A DNA stretch of 64,000 nt, from NCBI GenBank assembly GCA_965199765.1, contig CBDATC010000001.1, forward strand, positions 58,937 through 122,936, in the 5' to 3' direction. The translations under genes were made by a program, and so were the position numbers. Source of the stretch: Paracoccaceae bacterium (lineage in GTDB: Bacteria; Pseudomonadota; Alphaproteobacteria; Rhodobacterales; Rhodobacteraceae). The notes under the pieces are model-generated. The model was not told the origin of the DNA, made no database searches, and was given only the letters and a program-made list of their open reading frames with translations. Below are positions 9,526 to 18,810 of this stretch, piece after piece (the first letter of the stretch is position 1; every line of letters begins with the position of its first letter).

Positions 9526-10119
9526 TTATCCTGTATGGAAATATCTTGGAGCCGAATCCATGTCCGCCGCATTCACCAGCCAATCATAAAAATACTCGGC
9601 TTCCGAGCGGCGGCACAAAACGTGCGATCTGGTCTCGCTGATCAACCAAAAAGCTGCTTGCAACTGACCGATGCGAGAGCGCCTGAAGTGCCCAACTGAG
9701 AAGGCTTCGGGGGATACATCCGCCGGGGTTCCTTTAGCGAGAATGTCTCTGACCGCACCATTTAAGGCGAACTCACAGCGCATGGATCCAACTTCAGCAA
9801 TCATGTGATGATGTTCTGCAAGCTGGTCGGCCAGCGAATCAACAACGGCCGGTCCGTCTTCAAGCGGCAGCATTCCCAAAAGTTCATCCGGTGACATCCA
9901 AGCCAGTTGCCTCGCGCCCTCCGTCAAGATGCGGTGCGGCTTTGGAACAACAACCCCAAAGGAAGCGGAAATAGCTGATGCGATGGCCTCGGACTCTAAG
10001 TCACCGCGGATTTGAATCATCGCCCGATCTGACAGTCTCTGCACTGCCGCCGCGACGCCTTCATTGAATTCAGGCACGGAGCTGAGTTCCTTCGGGATCA
10101 TAAAAGACCGGAGAAACAA
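9526..10119 (-). CDS. soxG: sarcosine oxidase subunit gamma
   Basis: 197-aa ORF directly after soxA, overlapping it; the true start may be ATG 10101. Position and size fit the heterotetrameric soxBDAG operon. Confidence 0.8.
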   Translation of the reverse strand: MFLRSFMIPKELSSVPEFNEGVAAAVQRLSDRAMIQIRGDLESEAIASAISASFGVVVPKPHRILTEGARQLAWMSPDELLGMLPLEDGPAVVDSLADQLAEHHHMIAEVGSMRCEFALNGAVRDILAKGTPADVSPEAFSVGHFRRSRIGQLQAAFWLISETRSHVLCRRSEAEYFYDWLVNAADMDSAPRYFHTG

Positions 10120-13078
10120 TCTTGGCGTCCACTTGTCCCCGGTCGGTCGTGAAATTCAATACTTCGCCCATTCTTTCCGTTCCTCTTTCGACAAGCCCCA
10201 AAGCAATCGTGCGATTCAATATCGGAGAATGGTAGCTGGATGTGACACGTCCAACTGTTCTCGGAAAACCTTGCGAAGAACTCCCTGCGCTGACCGCATG
10301 CGATCCGCTCGGAATTTTCCCGTTGGCCTCAATGGTTTCAAGGCCTACAAGCGTCCAACGATCCTCGCTCGTCAGGAATGAGCGCTGCTGTGCCCTTTTG
10401 CCAAGATAATCGTCCTTTTTCTTCGAAATCGCCCACTCAAGGCCGAGGTCTTGCGGTGTAACCATGCCATCGGTCTCATCACCGATCATGATGAAACCTT
10501 TTTCTGCCCTGAGAACGTGCAGAGCTTCCGTTCCGTATGGTTCCAAGTCAAACTCACGCCCAACCTCCATCAGCGTTTCCCACAGTTCCATTCCCCGGGC
10601 GGCCGGAACCGCTATTTCGAATGACAGTTCGCCGGAAAATGAAATTCGGTAAATTCTGACGTTAAAATCGCCGAGCTTGCCTTCAGACCAGGTCATAAAC
10701 GGCAGCGTCTCGGCACTAAGGTCCATACCGCCGAGTTTGTTCAGAATGCGGCGAGAGTCTGGCCCCGCCAAGCCAATCTGGGCAAATTGATCGGTAAGGT
10801 TTGCAGTATAAACCTGCCAGTCCCACCACTCGCATTGCAGCCATTCTTCCATCCAAGCATGAATATGGTCAGCGCCGCCTGTCGTTGTGTGACACAGAAA
10901 GGTCGTCTCATCCAGCCGAGCAACGACGCCGTCATCCATAACGAAGCCGTTCTCGTTGCACATCAACCCGTATCGGCACCGGCCCGGCTGCAGCGAACTC
11001 ATCATGTTGGTATAAAGCATATCAAGAAATCGGCCGGCATCCGGTCCTTTGACCAGAATTTTGCCGAGCGTCGAAGCATCAAGCAGACCAGCCGAACGGC
11101 GCACCCTGAGGGCTTCGCGGTCCACTGCCTCTTGAATTCCTTCCTGCCCCTTAAGGTAACAATATGGACGCCGCCAATCTGAAACCGGCTCCCAATACGC
11201 TCCGTTATCCTCGTGCCATGCATCCATTGGAGTCTTGCGAAGCGGCTTGAAAAAATCTCCCTTTGCATCACCAGCAATAGCTCCGAGCGAAATCGGCGTG
11301 TACGGTGGACGAAAAGTCGTTGTGCCGACACTCTCAATATTCAATCCAAGATTTTCTGCCAGAATCATCAAGCCATTGACATTTGAAAGCTTTCCTTGAT
11401 CGGTTGCCATACCAAGCGTCGTGTAGCGTTTGACATGCTCTGAGCTCTCGTAACCCTCCCGCACAGCCAGTTCGAGGTCGGAAACTTTGACGTCATTCTG
11501 GAAGTCCACCCAAGCTTTGCTGCGACCGGCGGTGCTAAGGCCACTGGGCAGCAGACAGCCGCTGCCTGACTGGCCAGATCGCTGCCCGGCGATCACCGGC
11601 GGAGTTCCAACCGGCTTTCGACCAAACTCTTCCAACAGTTCAGCCATCGTTTCAAAGGCGTCGCGAGCGATATCGTCAGGCTGCAATTCTCCATTTGCCG
11701 CACCTATCACACATGCCATGGATTGGCCGTCAGATCCTATCGGCGGTCTCGAACTGTCGGGCCTGAAAGCAACTATTTCGTCATCCCAATTAAGTTTGCC
11801 CCCACAATGGGACCACAAATGCGCAGTCGGCGACCATCCGCCCGACATAGCAACAGCTTCGCATTCGAATTCCTCAAGAACCGCGCCTTCGCCAACCTCT
11901 GAACAGATCTGCACTGTTTTGACACGACCCCGCCCCTTCACCGCCGCAATTGTCCGACCCACATCCACTCTAATGTGGAGTTCCCGAGCCCGCTGAGGCA
12001 AATCACCTTCGGCAATTGGTCGCGAATCAAGTACCACGGGCACGCCCAAACCCGCTTCTGCGAGAGCGATCGCCGTTTGATATGCGTCGTCATTGTTAAC
12101 CGTCAGCACCGTCCGATCACCAGGTGAAACAGCGAAATTCCCCAGATAGTCACGCACCGCGGAAGCCAGCATGACACCCGGTGTGTCGTTTCCGCTAAAA
12201 CATAGCGGCCGCTCGATCGCGCCGGTCGCCAAAACGATCTTCCGAGCACGAATTTTCCACAAACGCTGCCGCACCAAACCCTTTGTCGAGACTTGTTCGG
12301 GCAGACGCTGCAGTGCGAGTACGAAACCATGATCATACAATCCCACGGTCGTGGTACGGTTGAGAAGGCGGACATTCGAACGGGATGAAAGATCGGCAAC
12401 CGTCGCATTGACCCAATCTGCCGCTGACTCTCCTGAGATTTCATCCAAGTCTGTCGGCGAACGGCCTCCCCAGTAGGATAGTTGTTCAGTCAACAATATA
12501 CGAAGGCCAGATTCAGACGCGGTCTTCGCGGCCGTCAACCCGGCCAATCCGCCGCCAACGATCAATACGTCAACCGTAACGTTGAAATGTTCGTATGCAT
12601 CCGGGTCTCTGCCTTGAGGCGACTTTCCCAGACCAGCCGCTCGCCGAATTGCAGGTTCGAAGACATATTTCCAAGCATGACGCGGCTGCATAAAAGTCTT
12701 ATAGTAGAATCCGGCAGGCAGCAGCCGCGATGCGAGATCGGCAGCCGCGCCGAAATCAAATTCTAAACTCGGCCAGTGGTTTTGTGACCGGGAAGTCAGC
12801 CCATCAAAAAGCTCGACCATTGTTGCCTGGCAGTTCGGCTCAAGCCGGGAACCGATTCCAAGCGTAATCAGCGCATTCGGTTCCTCCGGTCCGCTTCCAA
12901 CCACACCACGCTTGCGGTGATACTTGAAAGATCGACCTACGACTTTTTGATTATTCGCCAATAGAGCTGATGCGAGTGTGTCGCCTTCAAATCCAAAGAG
13001 CGGTTGGCCATTGAATCGAAATTTCAGTTTTCGCCGCCGGTCAATCAACCGGCCGCCATCCGACAGGCGCACGCTCAT
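10070..13078 (-). CDS. soxA: sarcosine oxidase subunit alpha
   Basis: 1002 aa. N-terminal 2Fe-2S-like/NAD region (VLIVGGGLAGLTAA) and a C-terminal GcvT-like folate-binding domain, in soxBDAG order. Confidence 0.93.
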   Translation of the reverse strand: MSVRLSDGGRLIDRRRKLKFRFNGQPLFGFEGDTLASALLANNQKVVGRSFKYHRKRGVVGSGPEEPNALITLGIGSRLEPNCQATMVELFDGLTSRSQNHWPSLEFDFGAAADLASRLLPAGFYYKTFMQPRHAWKYVFEPAIRRAAGLGKSPQGRDPDAYEHFNVTVDVLIVGGGLAGLTAAKTASESGLRILLTEQLSYWGGRSPTDLDEISGESAADWVNATVADLSSRSNVRLLNRTTTVGLYDHGFVLALQRLPEQVSTKGLVRQRLWKIRARKIVLATGAIERPLCFSGNDTPGVMLASAVRDYLGNFAVSPGDRTVLTVNNDDAYQTAIALAEAGLGVPVVLDSRPIAEGDLPQRARELHIRVDVGRTIAAVKGRGRVKTVQICSEVGEGAVLEEFECEAVAMSGGWSPTAHLWSHCGGKLNWDDEIVAFRPDSSRPPIGSDGQSMACVIGAANGELQPDDIARDAFETMAELLEEFGRKPVGTPPVIAGQRSGQSGSGCLLPSGLSTAGRSKAWVDFQNDVKVSDLELAVREGYESSEHVKRYTTLGMATDQGKLSNVNGLMILAENLGLNIESVGTTTFRPPYTPISLGAIAGDAKGDFFKPLRKTPMDAWHEDNGAYWEPVSDWRRPYCYLKGQEGIQEAVDREALRVRRSAGLLDASTLGKILVKGPDAGRFLDMLYTNMMSSLQPGRCRYGLMCNENGFVMDDGVVARLDETTFLCHTTTGGADHIHAWMEEWLQCEWWDWQVYTANLTDQFAQIGLAGPDSRRILNKLGGMDLSAETLPFMTWSEGKLGDFNVRIYRISFSGELSFEIAVPAARGMELWETLMEVGREFDLEPYGTEALHVLRAEKGFIMIGDETDGMVTPQDLGLEWAISKKKDDYLGKRAQQRSFLTSEDRWTLVGLETIEANGKIPSGSHAVSAGSSSQGFPRTVGRVTSSYHSPILNRTIALGLVERGTERMGEVLNFTTDRGQVDAKIVSPVFYDPEGTQLRA

Positions 13079-13109
13079 TTCAGTCTTTCCCGCTCAATTT
13101 CCGCCACGC

Positions 13110-13433
13110 TCACTTGCCAGCATTCCAATCTGGTCGCCGTTTCTTGATTTTCTTCGTGATGTGTCCCGGACGCTTGAGAGTTTGAGCGGAATAAGTTCCA
13201 AACACTTCAAGCGTCTGCGTGCATCGGGCGACATGAAACCACTTTCCGCACCCATAGGTGTGACGCCAGCGTTCAAAGTGGACACCTTTTGGATTTTTCC
13301 TAAAGAATAGATATCCCGCAAACTCCTCGTCGCTGGTCCCAGGACCGGCACGGCTGATATGCGCTTCTCCACCAGATGTGAGCTCCGTTTCGTCTGCAAC
13401 GATTCCACAATATGGGCATTTCAGACTGAGCAT
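13110..13433 (-). CDS. soxD: sarcosine oxidase subunit delta
   Basis: 107 aa. MLSLKCPYCG...GCGKWF zinc-ribbon pattern typical of SoxD, located between soxB and soxA. Confidence 0.88.
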   Translation of the reverse strand: MLSLKCPYCGIVADETELTSGGEAHISRAGPGTSDEEFAGYLFFRKNPKGVHFERWRHTYGCGKWFHVARCTQTLEVFGTYSAQTLKRPGHITKKIKKRRPDWNAGK

Positions 13434-13466
13434 TTTATTTTCTCGTTCTCAATTTCACGTCCTGAT

Positions 13467-14714
13467 TCAATGAGCCACGCCGGCTGCGACGCTCTCATCA
13501 ATGAAACGGCCTTCCCTAAAGCGTCCAAGACCGAATGGCGCGGCTAAATTGCCCGCCTCTCCCTTCGCCATCAACTCCGCCATAGCCCAACCCGAGCCTG
13601 GAATGGCTTTAAATCCACCTGTTCCCCATCCACAATTCACAAAAACACCGGGGACAGGTGTTTTTGACAATATCGGTGACCGATCACCGGTCATGTCCAC
13701 TATGCCGCCCCATTGACGCAGCATCTTCAATCGGGAAATCACAGGGAAAGTCTCAACCAATGCGCGCACGGTTTCTTCGATGTGCAGAAAGGAACCACGC
13801 TGTGTGTAATTGTTGTAACCATCGGCCCCTCCGCCAATGACAAGTTCTCCTTTATCAGACTGACTGATGTAACCGTGAACGGTGTTGGCCATGACCACGA
13901 CATCCAAAACTGGTTTGATTGGTTCCGAAACCATTGCCTGCAGAGCAACAGACTCGATGGGAAGCCTGAAACCGGCCATTTCGGCAAGTTGGCAAGAATG
14001 ACCGGCCACCGCCAAGCCAAGAGTTCCGCAGCCAATTTTACCTTTGCTGGTTTCTACGCCATTAACACCGTTCGAATCGCGATTTACGGCCATCACTTCG
14101 CAGTTCTCGATGATATGCATGCCCATTTCCGAACAGGCTCTGGCGTAGCCCCAAGCCACCGCATCATGCCTAGCGGTACCCCCTCGCGGTTGCCAAAGCG
14201 CACCGAGCACCGGATAGCGCGGACCGTCTATCGAAATCATCGGACACAGTTCCTTGACGCGCTGCGCTGAAATGTACTGGGTCTTGATCCCTTGATTGAG
14301 ATTGGCGTTGGCAATGCGCATATAGCCTCGGGCTTCATGATGAGTCTGGGCAAGCATCATCACACCGCGCGGACTGAACATAATGTTCATGTTCAAATCC
14401 TGGCTGAGAGTTTCGTAAAGTTCCCGCGCCTTCTCATAGATGGCTGCCGAATCGTCCTGAAGATAATTGGACCGAATGATCGTGGTGTTTCGGCCCGTGT
14501 TGCCGCCTCCAAGCCAGCCTTTGTCCAACACAGCGATGCTGCGCAAGCCGTGATTCTTGCCAAGATAGTAAGCGGTGGCAAGTCCGTGTCCGCCCGCGCC
14601 GACAATGACCACATCGTAATATTCGCGTGGCTCAGGCGATAACCAAGCGTTTTCCCAGCCTCTGTGGCCGCGCAATGATTCCCTTATCAAACTGAATATC
14701 GAGTATCGCTGCAC
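13467..14714 (-). CDS. soxB: sarcosine oxidase subunit beta (FAD-dependent)
   Basis: 415 aa with the FAD dinucleotide fold YDVVIVGAGGHGLATAYYL. It is the first gene of soxBDAG. Confidence 0.93.
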   Translation of the reverse strand: MQRYSIFSLIRESLRGHRGWENAWLSPEPREYYDVVIVGAGGHGLATAYYLGKNHGLRSIAVLDKGWLGGGNTGRNTTIIRSNYLQDDSAAIYEKARELYETLSQDLNMNIMFSPRGVMMLAQTHHEARGYMRIANANLNQGIKTQYISAQRVKELCPMISIDGPRYPVLGALWQPRGGTARHDAVAWGYARACSEMGMHIIENCEVMAVNRDSNGVNGVETSKGKIGCGTLGLAVAGHSCQLAEMAGFRLPIESVALQAMVSEPIKPVLDVVVMANTVHGYISQSDKGELVIGGGADGYNNYTQRGSFLHIEETVRALVETFPVISRLKMLRQWGGIVDMTGDRSPILSKTPVPGVFVNCGWGTGGFKAIPGSGWAMAELMAKGEAGNLAAPFGLGRFREGRFIDESVAAGVAH

Positions 14715-14951
14715 TTGGGCTTGTTTCCTTTAGTTGCTTCGCCGACCGGTAGTTGGAATTCTAGACATTCAATTGCCCATGGCAGTACCATATCGTAGAA
14801 TAACGGTGACCGCACCAAAAATGAAATTCCCAGCGCCGTGTTCAAGTCAACAAATTTTCAATGTGGATGTTGCAGCACCCATCTTTACAAGCCGCATTGG
14901 TTTGGCCAGTAGGCGCTCCGAAGATTTGCGGACGAAATTGCCGGGCATCAG

Positions 14952-16175
14952 ATGCTCTTTTGGATAACAGCAACACTTTTGGCGACCGGAATAACCGCCG
15001 TGCTGATTTACACGCTGTGGCGCCCAAATCATGCGGAGGTTTCGAACTCCAAGAGCGACTTGGATTTATACAAGTCGCAGCTCGACAAGATTGAAAAGGA
15101 CCACAATCGGGGGTTGTTGACCGGTGCGGAAACCGAACAGCTGGGAATGGAGGTCGCAAGAAGGCTATTGCGGGCGGACGCAGCGGCTGAAACGGAAACA
15201 CCACCGACTTCGCCCGGACGAATCCCTGCGGTTTTGGCATCGGCTGCGCTGGTCCTGATTTTGGTTCCAGGCAGTTTGATTATTCACTGGATTGTAGGCG
15301 AACCGAATTTTCCAGACATGCCGCTGGCACAACGAATTGCGCACGCCGAAACCGTTCGACTGAATCGACCGACCCAAGCTGAATTTTTGGCAGCCATGCC
15401 GACACTAACCGAAACCAGAGCAAACCCGTCTGATTTGCAGCTTATTCAAGATTTGCGCGAAACAGTGTCCAAACGACGCGATGATCTCACCGGGTATCGG
15501 CTATTGGTTCAAAGCGAAATTTCGCTTGGAAACCTTTCTGGCGCGGTTTCGGCGCAAGAAGAAGTAATCCGTATTCTAGGCGACAATGCAACCGCCAACG
15601 ATTTGAACGAATTGGCCGAGCTGCTGATCGCCGAAGCCGGCAGCTACGTTTCGCCAGAAGCGGAAAATCTTCTTAACCAATCTTTGGCGCTTGATGAAGA
15701 AAACAGCATCGCAAAATACTATTTGGGTCTGCTCTTCGCCCAAACCGGCAGACCTGATTTGGCTGTTGGAATCTGGACGAAACTGGTTCAGAAGGGACCT
15801 GCTGACGCTCCTTGGACCGCTGAGATTCTAAACCAATTGCCTATTGCTGCACAAATGGCAGGAATGACCGCTGACTTTCCCTCTCCTGCAGAACTGCCCG
15901 GTCCAACCCTTGACGAAATCGCGGCAACTGAAGAGCTGTCTGATACCGAGCGGGACTCAATGATCCATGGAATGATTGATAGTCTGAAGCGGCGCTTGGA
16001 AAGTGAAGGCGGCACTGCTGACGAATGGTCTCGGCTTATCCACTCGCTTGCGGTGATGGAAAGATTGGATGACGCAAAAGATTCTCTGAAGAAAGCGCAA
16101 ACTATTTTTGCAGACAATCCTGATGACCTTGCGAAAGTTCTCGCCACGGCCACGCAAGCAGGTATTGTTCAATGA
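14952..16175 (+). CDS. ccmI: c-type cytochrome biogenesis protein CcmI (CycH), TPR-containing
   Basis: 407 aa. N-terminal TM segment, then DLDLYKSQLDKIEKDHNRGLL...EQLGMEVARRLL, a second TM segment and TPR-like repeats. Confidence 0.72.
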   Translation: MLFWITATLLATGITAVLIYTLWRPNHAEVSNSKSDLDLYKSQLDKIEKDHNRGLLTGAETEQLGMEVARRLLRADAAAETETPPTSPGRIPAVLASAALVLILVPGSLIIHWIVGEPNFPDMPLAQRIAHAETVRLNRPTQAEFLAAMPTLTETRANPSDLQLIQDLRETVSKRRDDLTGYRLLVQSEISLGNLSGAVSAQEEVIRILGDNATANDLNELAELLIAEAGSYVSPEAENLLNQSLALDEENSIAKYYLGLLFAQTGRPDLAVGIWTKLVQKGPADAPWTAEILNQLPIAAQMAGMTADFPSPAELPGPTLDEIAATEELSDTERDSMIHGMIDSLKRRLESEGGTADEWSRLIHSLAVMERLDDAKDSLKKAQTIFADNPDDLAKVLATATQAGIVQ

Positions 16176-16657
16176 CCAGGATTGCGCCCACAACGGCGGA
16201 TTTCCGTGCGCTGATCCCCGATGAAGGAGCTCTGATAGGAATTGATCACGGCCGCAAGCGCATCGGTGTAGCAGTGTCTGACTTCAGACGACAGATGGCA
16301 GCTCCGCTGACCACTGTCAGCATAAAAACGTTCCAAGAACGCGTTCGAACGCTATTGCGCATTTCTTCCGAAAGACAAGCCGTTGGCATCGTCATCGGAC
16401 TTCCCCTGAGACTGGACGGCACAGAAGGCAAGCAGTGCCAATCCGTCAGGGCATTTGCGCACAATCTGATTTCCTTTTCTGCACTTCCGATCATGTTGTG
16501 GGATGAAAGACTAACCAGTTTTGAAGCGGATGCGCGGATGACGAAAATTGGATTGTCAAAGCGAAGACGCCAAACCTCAATTGATCAGATAGCAGCTTCA
16601 ATCATTTTGCAGGAAGCATTGCATGCGATTAACAAAAACGAAGCCGCCACAGTCTGA
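16172..16657 (+). CDS. ruvX: Holliday junction resolvase-like protein RuvX (YqgF)
   Basis: 161 aa. LIGIDHGRKRIGVAVSD, GLPLRLDGTEG and WDERLTS are YqgF family motifs. 4-nt overlap with ccmI. Confidence 0.88.
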   Translation: MTRIAPTTADFRALIPDEGALIGIDHGRKRIGVAVSDFRRQMAAPLTTVSIKTFQERVRTLLRISSERQAVGIVIGLPLRLDGTEGKQCQSVRAFAHNLISFSALPIMLWDERLTSFEADARMTKIGLSKRRRQTSIDQIAASIILQEALHAINKNEAATV

Positions 16658-16877
16658 TAAAACCTGGAGACGCCAGGAGCCGGACAGCCCCTGCAAACAG
16701 ATTTGCGTCATTCATCCACATGCAAAGATCTGCATCGGTTGTTACCGAACGCCTCAGGAGGTGGCTCAATGGGCAAAATTGGACTCAGCGAGCAGAAAGA
16801 GCATCTTGGTTGAATTGCCCCGCCGGGCTCCCCAGCTGAAAGTCAGACGCGGCGGTCGCCGTAAACGGCGCCCCTGA
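16623..16877 (+). CDS. DUF1289 domain-containing protein
   Basis: 84 aa with the SPCKQICVIHPHAKICIGCYRTPQEVAQW cysteine pattern characteristic of DUF1289. Confidence 0.7.
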   Translation: MRLTKTKPPQSDKTWRRQEPDSPCKQICVIHPHAKICIGCYRTPQEVAQWAKLDSASRKSILVELPRRAPQLKVRRGGRRKRRP

Positions 16878-16915
16878 ATGCCAGCATTTCCCCCGCCAAT
16901 ACAATAGCGGCTAGC

Positions 16916-17935
16916 TCAGCGGCAATCTTCTCGCTCCGAGCAGGCACTCAATATTTTTTTTGCGGTTTCTTTAATCAAAGCACAGCCGACGGCTGAATTC
17001 AGTTTTGGGTCAGAAAGGGTTTGCCTCCACAATCGAGCGCCTGGCCAACCGGCAAACAGACCAAGCATATGTCGGGTTACCGACGTCACCTTGCCACCGC
17101 TCTCCTGATGTCTTTGAATATAAGGCAGCATTTCGGCGATGACCTGCCTTCGCGTAGACGTTCTGGAACTCCCGAATATCCGGCAATCTGCGTCAAGCAA
17201 AATTCCGGCGGGTGTCCCGTATGCCGCGCGTCCGACCATTACACCATCCATCCCCCGCGCAAGAAAATCTTCCGCAGCGGCCAAACTAGCGATCCCCCCA
17301 TTGATGCAAATTTTGAGGTGCGGAAAACTCCGTTGGATGCAGAAGACCAAGCCGTAATCTAAAGGCGGAAGGGTGCGGTTTTCCTTAGGGCTGAGGCCTG
17401 TCAGCCAAGCCTTGCGCGCGTGAATGATAATTCGCGAGATTCCAGACCCGCTGACAGCTTCGATAAATTTGGGGAGCGAAGTTTCCGGCACCTGCTCGTC
17501 CACTCCAATTCGACACTTTAGAGTGATTTCAGCCGTACCGACCGCCTCGCGCATCGCTTCAAGACATTCCGCGACCCTTGCCGGTTCTTTCATCAACACT
17601 GCGCCGAAACAGCCATGCTGCACTCTGTCTGATGGACATCCAACATTGAAATTGATTTCCTGGAATCCATATCCGCGCCCGATCTCTGCAGCTTTCGCCA
17701 GTTCTTCTGGGTCCGATCCGCCAAGCTGTAACGCAACCGGATGCTCGTCCGGGTCATGTTTCAGCAGCCTGGCCGAATCGCCATGGACCAGCGCAGCTGA
17801 ATTTATCATCTCGGTATAGAGAAGCGCCTTCTTCGACATGCGCCGATGAAAGTAGCGGCAATGCCGATCTGTCCAATCCATCATCGGTGCAACGGAAAGT
17901 CGGAATGCGTCTCGTGAACTGTGCGCGTCAGTCAT
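16916..17935 (-). CDS. dusA: tRNA dihydrouridine(20/20a) synthase DusA
   Basis: 339 aa. SVAPMMDWTDRHCRYFHR, LQLGGSDP, INFNVGCPS and IIHARKAWL are typical of DusA. Confidence 0.9.
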   Translation of the reverse strand: MTDAHSSRDAFRLSVAPMMDWTDRHCRYFHRRMSKKALLYTEMINSAALVHGDSARLLKHDPDEHPVALQLGGSDPEELAKAAEIGRGYGFQEINFNVGCPSDRVQHGCFGAVLMKEPARVAECLEAMREAVGTAEITLKCRIGVDEQVPETSLPKFIEAVSGSGISRIIIHARKAWLTGLSPKENRTLPPLDYGLVFCIQRSFPHLKICINGGIASLAAAEDFLARGMDGVMVGRAAYGTPAGILLDADCRIFGSSRTSTRRQVIAEMLPYIQRHQESGGKVTSVTRHMLGLFAGWPGARLWRQTLSDPKLNSAVGCALIKETAKKILSACSEREDCR

Positions 17936-18810
17936 TTTGAGTTGGCATCATCGTATCATGCAAGCAAGTGGTGTGGGTTGCCGGACTGGCGATGGGCACA
18001 CAAATCTCTGATCGAAGTTATACCGATGGCGGCGTTTGCTGCAAAGACCCCGGTCTCGCTACAACTAGCTTATTCAGAGGGATTTGAACTGCAAATTGAG
18101 CTCGTGCAGCACTGCGCAATCGCATTATCTTTATCTTCCGCCTCTTCATCAATCTGTTTGATCCGTTGAAACGAATTCGGCGCAACACAGCTGTGATCCA
18201 GCGGCTTGCGGATTCCACTATGGCTAGAACATCTGCATCCGATCGTTCGGGTGTACTCCCGCAAAACCAAGTTGCAATGCACGCTTTCATACCGAGACCA
18301 AAATAATGGAAGTTAAGTTCGCAGTGCCGCCCAAAGTTCCCGCACAAACGCCTGCTCACCGGGAATAAGCCTTGAGAGCCACAGCCTGCCGCGATGGACA
18401 TGCTCGCTGTAGTGCGCTGTATTCTATGAGTCACGCCCGTCCATCAGACTACCGATAAATTCACACGGCCTCTCCTTTTCAAACTTGCGAAGAATCAATT
18501 TAAGAAAATGATGGACGCACTCGATTTTTCGAACCATCGGTGGCTTCTGTATTGCCGAGCTCTTGGACAATTCCCGTGGCATCCACAAGCAGCGTCAGGG
18601 TTTCTCGTACCCGGTTTGCACAGATAAGCCTGACCACATTACGCCGGATGCTGCGTTTCACGATCCAAAATATCTGCACTATCCAAAGTGAGCTAATTCA
18701 AATATCCCCGCTTGAGATTTTCTTTTATTCCTTTATCATGCGAACCCTGCTCAAACACTAGCTTGGTCGCAATCGCTGCTGAATACCAGGTTTTTTGACA
18801 GGAAACCCGC

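Noticed and set aside
18018-18434. 138-aa ORF upstream of dusA as a real protein-coding gene.
   Set aside because: The translation is Cys/Arg-rich with no RBS and no motif, and a second frame on the same strand is almost as open. I treat it as possible decayed sequence (see the finding) and not as an annotated CDS.
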